From the human T2T-CHM13v2.0 reference genome, Homo sapiens, in assembly GCF_009914755.1 (NCBI RefSeq), contig NC_060945.1: a DNA stretch of 64,000 bases; one strand, 5' to 3'. Shown piece by piece: positions 52,506 through 64,000 of this stretch (position 1 is its first letter; every line of letters starts with the position of its first letter). The position numbers and the translations under genes were made by a program. A model generated the notes under the pieces. The model saw only the letters and a program-made list of their open reading frames with translations. It ran no database searches and was not told where the DNA came from.

Positions 52506-55025
52506 CTACAGTATCTACGGGTCAGAAGTCTTGGCAGAAGTTAGCTGGATCCTGTGCTTATTAGGGTCTCACTAGGTTGAAATCAAGGAGTCAGAGGGGG
52601 CTACCATCTTTTCTGAGACTACTGGTCATCTTCCACATTCATGGGTTGTTGGCAGAATTCGATTGCTTACCTCTGTAGGACTAACACCTAGCTTTCTTGC
52701 TGGCTCTCTGCTGGAGGCCACTGTCAGCTCAGTTTTGAGAGACCACTAAGCCATTTCAGGCCAACAGAATAGCCTTGTTTTAAAAGACATTATAACTATG
52801 TGTCTTTCCTGAAAATATTGGTAGAGGTCATTCTTTTCATGCATTACTTGTTGAGTTATAAATTTAGTCTCTGCTTAATTTTTATAAAGGATTTTTAACA
52901 GCATTTTAAGAAAATATAGTATAAAAAATAGGATGAGAAAATTGAGGCAAGGAGAAAATAAGTACAGGTGAAATAATGCCCAAGGTGAACGTTATATCCC
53001 AAACTGCATAATATAAAATTCTACTATATAGCTGTCCTACATTTACAATCTAAGCATGCTATTAATAGTTAACAAAGCAGAGAAGGAAACTGACATTCCT
53101 TCAGAAAAGCTTTTTTCAAGCACAGAAACCTAATCGAAATTTCTTCCATGAATCCTCATGAAAAGGGCACCAAGTGGTAGAGTGAGCAACATTGCAACTG
53201 GCCTCCCTAAATAAATCCAAAGGCATAGTTCCAACACATAAACTCTATAAAAATATTTAATAATTGTATAAGAAAACAAAAATGTGGTTTAATTTGGCAT
53301 GATCTAGGCATGGAATTTAAAATACATTAAAAAACGCATAGACTACAAATTCTTTAGTAAGTTATCCATGAATAGCATTACTCAAACTGAGTTTTTGATA
53401 AAAATTACATGGCAAAGCATTTTAAGTTACATTCTCTGGCTAAAACCTGAAGGTTATACATGGCATGTAGGGAATAGCTAGAGGATTATCATGCTTTGAC
53501 AATCAAATAGGCCTGCAGGGATACTGACATCCCCTTATTAAAATGAGGAGCCTAACTAAGACTTGGGCTTGGATAGACTTTCATCCAATGACTGTATGGA
53601 GTTGATTCAAGGTAGTGACTTTGGGCAGAGCCAACATTTTACTCACTCCTGGGGCTGATGCAAATATGGGCAAATCAGTAAATGAAGGTCTAAATTCTCC
53701 ATGAAAGACTATGGCTGCAAGAATTTTCATATAGAAAATGTTATGAACAGGTGTTACAAATAACCAGAGCACCCATTTATAATGTTGGTGAAGTATCCAT
53801 AGAACAGTGACTATAAAATCCTGAAATTAAACTATGTTTGTCTTCTGATGATTCTTTACAGTAAATCAGAAAAGCATTGGTATAGATTTTTCTCCAGCCT
53901 ACTTAGAAGCCAAGGAATAGAAAAATTTGTTTAGTTACATTGGTCCAGAGTTTGAGATTGTCAAGGTGTCATGACAAATCTACCATAAATTTCATAAAAC
54001 CACCAAAAGGTATTAGATCTGGAGAACACAGCAGAGTTAAGAACTTGACAATTATGGTGAGGGTTGAAGGACAGGCAAAAAGGGAGCAAGATAATTTGAG
54101 TGATAAAAATAAAGGGTCCTTTTGTTAAAGTAGGAAATTTCTGGCTTTCAGTTTCCTAAGAGAATCAGATCCGGTGGTGAGAAATTTCAAGGTATAATCA
54201 CACACATGAATGGCTAATGTGAAATTAAGGAAAGTTTATAGAGTAGAAAAGCTTAGGAATGGTGAGTCTAGAGTTGCTGAGGACTCAATGTCCAACAGCC
54301 AAAATATACTCACCTACTTCAAAAGAACTATACTCTGAGCTTCAATTATTTGCTAGTTGTTATTTCCTATTTACTTATGTAAGTTACTTAGTTAAACTGG
54401 TTTGAAAACAATAGCCAGCAAATAAAGTGCAAATTGTTTCATAACTAATACACTTTGTCAAGCTAATTGAACTCTACGTGCTAAGGACTTTGGCATCAAC
54501 AATGATGACTAATAGCTGAAAAGGGAGATGAAGAAAAGTTAATGTGAGGGAAAATGAAAACTTGGATTTATAGTGTAGTCCAATTGACTAAAGTTTCAAA
54601 ATAATATTGACATACTGATAGTAAATGGAAAAAACGAATGGTGGAGAAAGCAGTCACGATTTCACAGAAAACCACTTCCAATAGAAATACCATTTTAGAT
54701 TGCTCATCTTCTAAATGAATGTTTAAAATGCAATTTTTAAGAGAAAGTTTTATTTCCATTGTGGTTACTAATGCATCTGAGTCACTTGTATATTCTTCTC
54801 CAGTGTGATGTAAAAAAGGCCAATGAAGAAATAAATCACTTTGATAAATACCTATGTTTAACAGAACATCTTAGGAAGGTCATCCTTAAAGACCACGTGT
54901 TAAGTTGGCTGAGTATCAATACAATGAGTATGCATTGATTCACAAGGAACTCATGTCCCTAGGGCTCCAGTTTCTAAGAGTGGTCCACAGTGGTAGCTTC
55001 AAGCTGAACTCTGAACGTGAAATGA

Positions 55026-55347
<322 letters not shown>

Positions 55348-55440
55348 TGAACTCTTTTTCTATTCTCGAAATTGTGAGATCCTCTGACAAATTCTGCTAA
55401 CAGTTCCAAGGTTTAAAACTGGGGAAGTTAGAGACATGTT

Positions 55441-55673
55441 ATTATTATTTTTTTTAATTTCAACTTTTATTGTAGACACAGGGAGTACATGTGCAGGTTT
55501 GTTACATGGGTATATTGCACCCAGGTATTGAGCATAGTACTCAATGGGTAGTTTTTCAACCCACATCTCCCTTGCTCCCTCCCCTGTCTAGTGGTCCACA
55601 GTGCCTAATGTTCCCATGTGTATGTCCATGTATGCTCAATACCATAATCCTAAGTGAATTAATGCAGGAACAA
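55441..55673 (-). mobile_element. Old L1PA/PB 3' end with 5' inversion
   Basis: Minus-strand 3' UTR 55441-55640 plus a plus-strand L1 piece 55641-55673; TSD AGACATGTT (55432-55440, 55674-55682). Confidence 0.87.
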
Positions 55674-55801
55674 AGACATGTTTTTGTTTTTGTTTGAATG
55701 CTACATCTGGGGCTGGCTAGGATTGAGAAGACACTATGTCTTGCTGATATGTCAGTCGCAACTTCAGCCTCTTTTGTGTGTGTGTGTGTAAAAAAGAAAT
55801 C

Positions 55802-56020
55802 TTTTTTATTTATTTATTTTCAAATTATAAATTCGTAGGGTACATATGCAGGCTTGTTACATGGGTGTATTGCATAATGCTGGGTTTAGGCTTCTAGAGA
55901 ACCCATCACCCAAATAGTGAACATAGTATCCAATAGGTAGTTTTTCAATTCTTGTCCCCCTTTCCACCCTCCCCACTTTTGGATTTCTCAGATCTATTTT
56001 TTCCATCTTTATAGCCACCA
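55802..56020 (-). mobile_element. L1PA/PB 3' fragment
   Basis: GGGTACATATGCAGGCTTGTTACATGGG..CCCATCACCCAAATAGTGAACATAGTA. Confidence 0.87.
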
Positions 56021-56319
56021 ACATGAGTCTTTTGATGAAATAATGTTTGGCTGAGGTCCACAACTTAAAACAACATTCCAATATAGATTCTCATGATCCC
56101 TGAAGAAGTGTGTCTGATGTGGCTAAACATCATCAAATGAGTAAGTCAACATAGTAAAAGAAAAGAACAGTTCTTTATCAGATTAAATGAGCGAAACAGC
56201 TAAATGTCAAGTGACAAAACATTGGGACTGACTGTATAAAATGCTAATAACATCTACCAAACAGTTTACATTGTGCTAAACAACTTATGCACATTATTTC
56301 TTTGATTCTTTTTAACACA

Positions 56320-56781
56320 TGGTTGTGGGCTGAATGGTGTCTCCCAAGAAGTCATATGCCGGGATCCTGTCCCATAGTGCCTCACAACGTGACATTGTTT
56401 GGAGTTAGGGTTGTTGAAGATGTCATTAGTCAAGATGAGGTCATACTTGAGTGAGGTGGGTTTCTAATCCAATGTGACTGGTGTCTGTGAAAAGGGGAAA
56501 TGTGGACACAGGTCCACATATAAGGAGAACACCATGTGAAGATGAAGGTAGAAATTACAGTGATGTGTCTACAAGCCAAGGAACACCAAAGATTGACAGA
56601 AAATCACCAGAAGCCTAGAGAGGCATGAAACATTCTCCCTCAGAGCCTTCAGAAGAAAGCAATCCTGCTGGCACCTTCATCTTGGACTTTGAGCCTCTAG
56701 AACTGTGAGGCAATACATTTCTGTTGTTTAAGCCACCCAGTTTGTGGCATTTTGTTACAGCAGCACTGGAATCCTAATGGA
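56320..56781 (+). mobile_element. MLT1B/C LTR
   Basis: GTTGTGGGCTGAATGGTGTC..AAGATGAGGTCATAC..CAAGCCAAGGAACACC..TTTGTTACAGCAGC. Confidence 0.88.
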
Positions 56782-58027
56782 TGCTGTATTAGATAAATAT
56801 TTTAGGCTTAGGTAGGTATTTTTTGATCACTTCTATGCAATGGCTTGACTATTGTTCTATTTGTCCCTAAATCTGGTTCTTCAGCCTCCCCAATGATTCT
56901 GTGAGCTAGTGATCATCCTTTAACAGCCTTTTTATGATTAAGTCACCCAGGATAGTCTCTGCTGCTTACATCTTCACAGGAAGAAGAGAACTGTAGACAT
57001 GCAGCAGCCATCTTGTGGATATGAGGGAAGAGCCAAATAGACTACAAATCGGTTAAAACAGAGAACTAAAATTGTGGAGCTACTGAATGAACCAGCTATG
57101 GAATTGTCTGTGTGTGGGCATTCAGATGGACATACCGGATAAAATTCTGGACTGGTAAGAGTGTGGGGAAATTGCCAGTCTTAAGCAGTGCTGATGGAGG
57201 TGTGAATTGGTAAAACAATTTGAAAAGTAAGTTGCTAGTTTTTATAAAATTTTTAAAAATAAATGTATTCTCTGACCCAGTATTATCTTTTCTGGGAATC
57301 TATTTTACACATTAAAAAAGCACTAGATTGTCATATACTATATATATATATATATATGTCATATATAGTTATACATATAAGCCATATATATTTATACACA
57401 TAATTATATATCTATTAAAATACCTGAAGGAATGGTCAATATAAAGAGTATCATCCAATTTTTAAAGAAGACAGGGATAAAAACCCCTCTGTGCTTTTTG
57501 GGGGGATCTATTTGTATGGAGCAGATAAACACATGGAAAGATAAGTATCAAACTGTTGCCATTGGTTACTTCAAGGGAGTGAGTTTATAACAAGAAAGTG
57601 GAAGCAGATAACATTAAAGTTTTCCTTATATGACTCAGTATTATTTGACTCATTTCAATAAGCATGCATTATTTTTTACATAAAACACATCCGGAGTGGA
57701 AAAGCTTTTTCCAAACACTGTCATTATGTCATGCTAATAAGTGAGTTTTGGGAAGCAGCATAGTCCAGTGGTTGTGAACACAAGATTGGAGTAACTTCTG
57801 GATTTAAATACTGGCCTTTTACTAACTGTAGAGTTTGAGCAGAATACTTTCTCTTTAAGTATAGCTGTCCTCATTTACAAATGGAGATGGTGATATCTGT
57901 TAGTCCCCTGCCTTCTACTGCCTGCTGTAGGACAATTTCCCATTCCTTTCAGCAACCCTTCAGTGAAGAGAGGGGCCACAAAGGCAAAGGAATCTTAGCT
58001 AATAGGCACTATAGCAATTTTCTAAAT

Positions 58028-58355
58028 ACTTTATTTTTTTTAGAGCAATTTTAGGTTCACAGAAAAACTAAGAGTCAGGTGCAGAGATTTCCCATATGCT
58101 TCCTGCCCCACATGCATAGTCTCCTGCATTATCAACATCTCCCACCAGAGTGGTACCTTTGCTACAATTGATAAACCTATATCAACACATCACAATCATC
58201 CAAAGTCCATAGTTAATATTAGGGTTTACTATTGGTGTTGTGCACTCTATGAATCTGGGCAAATGTATAGAGACATGTATCTATTACCATAGTACCACAC
58301 AAAAGCATTTCCACTGCTTTAAAAACTCTGTGTCTGCCTATTAACCCTCCCAAAC
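58028..58355 (-). mobile_element. L1MC 3' fragment
   Basis: CTTTATTTTTTTTAGAGCAATTTTAGGTTCACAG..CACCAGAGTGGTAC. Confidence 0.85.
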
Positions 58356-58708
58356 CATCATAGTAACCTATTTCATGAGAGACCTACAGCTTATTACCTT
58401 GCTGTGTGGAATGAAAACTCTCTGACAAAGAATAGGAATTATCTTCTCTTACTTGGCCTTGGAATAAGTACAGAGAAGTTAGCAAATGCAGATGCTTGAA
58501 ATCTGAGCTTGCTGTTACCCTGAAAACAAAGCACACAAGACTGCCATTCTTTGTGCTAGCAATTTTCTTCATTTGCTGTATATCCACAAGGAATGGAGAA
58601 GTGTCTTTCTTTTTGCCTCTGTCTGAAGAAATATACACCATACCTTATTTATTCAAGTATTTGATTTAATTCATAGGTATAACCTCATAAAGAAAGTTTT
58701 TAATCCAC

Positions 58709-58793
58709 CCTACCTAAGCCTAAAATATTTATCCAATACAGCGTCCATTAGGATTCTAGTGCATAGGATTGCATAGAAGTGATCAAAAAATAC
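58709..58793 (-). repeat. Two-part inverted copy of 56763-56841
   Basis: 58709-58762 = rc(56763-56816), 51/54; 58768-58793 = rc(56816-56841), 26/26. Confidence 0.93.
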
Positions 58794-58801
58794 ATGTTTG
58801 A

Positions 58802-59103
<302 letters not shown>

Positions 59104-59245
59104 TTTATTTTTTCAATTTTTAATACATTAATTTAATGAAAAAATAAACAAGACCATTCCAAAATCATGGAAAATAAAAATGCACACTACTACCAATTCT
59201 GCACCAAAAAATTAAACTTGCAGTAACTGCCAACTGCCTCTAGAT

Positions 59246-60542
<1,297 letters not shown>

Positions 60543-61304
60543 GGTACCACGTCTGTTTCTCATACTACTTGAAGGAGTCTAAATCATACTATATGGGAAA
60601 CCGTAAAATGTAGCATCTAAAAGTTTACAACTTTTGGTAGGAGGCAGTCTGTGCCTCCCACCAAAACTCATAAGGTATGAATTCATCAAACTATACAGAG
60701 AGTTTTGGTGCTAGGTGGCAGAAAAGAATAATCGATGTGTGCAGTGTATCTTCTTTTTGAGTTTAGCCATTCTACTGGGTGAAAACTGATTTCCCATTCT
60801 TTCTCTTATAACATTTTCCTAATACTATGTTTAAGATATGTTTTATTTCATTTTCCTAATTTGTACTTTTATCTTTTTCAATTATTAATATAGTTTTGTG
60901 CTCTTAAATTTTTAATGCAATTTATATTTTGGTAGTATCTAAAGTATCAATCATTTTATTATTCATTCACCTTAAAATGTGGCTATGGTTTGGACATTTG
61001 GATTAAGTGATGACATTGTAATTCAGCCAGAACTGGCAGTAATCATCAGTGTTTGGCATGTTTTGAGAACAAAAGTCCCAGTTCCTGGAAGGGTGGCCCT
61101 TTATGTGAACACAGAGTGCACACTCTGTATGGTGTAATCCAAGACAGTTGAACGGTCTGCCTGCCAAAAATATGCCTTCCACCAGGTTTTTATAAAGACT
61201 AGTATTACCAGCTTGAAGGCCATTTTCTGATTTAGGGCATTAAAACCTAAGGACCATGTTAAAAGACTGAAATTAACATTCACTGACTTGTTCATTCATT
61301 AAAC

Positions 61305-61935
<631 letters not shown>

Positions 61936-62579
61936 ATTTAACCAAAACTTTGTAAATATTTAATGAGTGCCTCCTATTAGCCAGACCCTGTTTGAGGCAC
62001 TAATGACACAGAGTTGAAAGTCAAGTTTGAACCTCTCTTCTTAGGCATATAACTGTAGGCAAATTGTGTCAACTCTGGCCAGTTTTCACATTTAAAATAG
62101 AGATGATAATGCTGCCCACTTAATGGGTTTGCTCTAAGAATTAAATGATATTGTTTACGGTGCCCAGAAGGAAGGTAGGCCCACTGGCAGTCAGCGCACG
62201 TAATGGACCAAGGGGTCTTTGAAGAAAGAACATATCCAAGTACAGGCGATGAGCTTGTATTTGAGCACAATGGGGCAATGTTGAATGGCAGTATGGGAGG
62301 TGCTATCTGTGATCCTCCCACAGTCTGATGACAGGGCCAACACCAAAAGGTGTGATCTAATCAAGCACCAAGCGCCCACGCAAGGGTGCTGTCCAAACCA
62401 GAGACAGCCTATGGGGACTGCCAGTTAGCTCTGCCAAAAAACATCCTTCCTGTCCAAGTCTCCCCCAAGTCTCTAATAAGAAGAGCCACCTTGAAGCTTT
62501 GGACTCCAAGCATGGCTTTCCGGTACAACTTTAACACAGAAGTTTATATTCAATTACCTACAGATACCAAAATTATCAT

Positions 62580-63420
62580 TACTATCATTATTAATAAACA
62601 TACAGTTAATTACAACAAGGTACGACAAATCTATAATAGACGTAGGCTAGGCTGCTATGGTTGATGAGAGTATAGAGGGAACAGCACTTCCCAAATTGGA
62701 GCAGAGGAAAGAAGGTTTATAGAAGGCACCCAGAGGAGAAAAAACTTGAATCAAGTCTTCAAGAATGAATATGAGTTATTCTGGAGAAGAAAGTATGTGT
62801 GTTTGGCAGGAAGTACAAATGCTTGGAGAAGACAAATTAAATAGCACATCCAAACTATGGGGATGTGAAAGAATGTGGAGTGTTGGTAGACTTATGAAAG
62901 GGTAGCATGGGCCAGGACATAACCTAAATGTGGGAGAATGGAGAGAAAGGATGCTGTTCAAATTATGGATGGCTTTGTGTACGATGTTGAATTGAGACAT
63001 TGTGTTCAATAATATAAGGAGACATAAAATGACTTTCAGGGTGGTGGATGGTGGGAGGTCATGATTATCTGTATTTTAGACTTTCTACTCAGAGAGTAGT
63101 GGGGAAGTTGACTGAAGGAGTTTAAGATTAGTAACCAGGAGAGCCCCATCATATCAATGCAGTAATCTCATGGGGAGTGGCAATGGCTAAAGTAGTAGCA
63201 GTAGCAAGGAAGGAAACAATTAGATACACACTTGAGAGGTAGAATTGGCACTTGAGACAACTGGCTGAAGAACAAGGAGAACTCTTCAAATATTACCAGG
63301 TCCCTGGCCTGGACAACTGAGTTGATGTGGCATTATCAAGCATGGGATGTAGAAGACCAGGGTCAGTTTGTTGATTATGTGTAGACTCTGAGATGTCTGT
63401 GGAACACTATTCCAATGAGA
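62580..63420 (-). mobile_element. L2 fragment
   Basis: Degenerate GA-rich L2 antisense motifs (TGCTATGG..GAAGGC..CAGAGGAG..TCTTCAAGAATGA..GAGGTAGAATTG). Confidence 0.65.
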
Positions 63421-64000
63421 CCTGGAGCTCCCTGTATATAGTGATATTTTCAAGTTGTGACAGATGTGTATTTTACCAACTGGATGATCTCCATGTCTCA
63501 TATTATCTTCCCCACATGATTCTTGTGAGTATGGGCCTCAAAAGGCACCTGGTGTGAGATTTAGAAGACAGAAGTGAAGTCGCATTGGATTATTTTTATG
63601 CTCCAGAGGTTGGAGCTGGGTATGAGATACAGTAACTACACAGTCAAGTTCTACCTGCCAACTCACCTTGGTGGCAACATTCAGCCTCATTCCTGTATAA
63701 TCCTCTGTTCCTGCTGTAGCTCCTTCTTCAGCATCTCTTGGGCTGGGTGAATAAAAAAGGGGACTGGCTTCTACAGGACACCCATGTTATCAAGGGTTAC
63801 TTCTTAGTAAGAGACTGACGTGTGTTCCAGTTCATCTTCATAAGCCAACTCATCCAGAAGGTCCCAGTTTTTCCTCCTGGGTTCTAGCTCAGACTGTCAG
63901 GTTCCACTTTGTCCATGGTTTCTTTCTTAAATGCCTGCTGTGAAGACTTCAGGCTGATATAGAAGAAAAGAGCCTCCCATATTACTATTGAATTGCCTCC

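Overview
Human genomic DNA (a young AluYb8 is present; this subfamily is human-specific). The window is AT-rich and repeat-dense, with no CpG island and no protein-coding exon or RNA gene that I can support, so it is intergenic or deep-intronic. The supplied ORFs are mostly Alu/L1/LTR translations or chance ORFs. Main contents: a decayed two-LTR ERV1 provirus (MER4-group, MER65-like, 11902-19967) with nested THE1, L1 and AluYb8 insertions; a complete MST MaLR provirus (21260-24039); a Zaphod/MER91-type hAT element; a ~4.6 kb old L1; twelve Alus; and many MLT1/MER/MIR/L2 relics. I do not see a new gene system. The most interesting signals are fossil mutational events: (1) a 234-bp, 97% identical inverted templated insertion that splits an AluJ; (2) a second serial template-switch scar at 58.7 kb; (3) an AluYb8 with three rather than two copies of its diagnostic 7-mer; (4) possible APOBEC3-type G>A damage in the ERV; (5) two twin-primed L1 insertions; (6) a short minus-strand ORF resembling a Gypsy integrase zinc-binding domain. 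Subfamily names come from recalled consensus sequences, and boundaries of old repeats are approximate.
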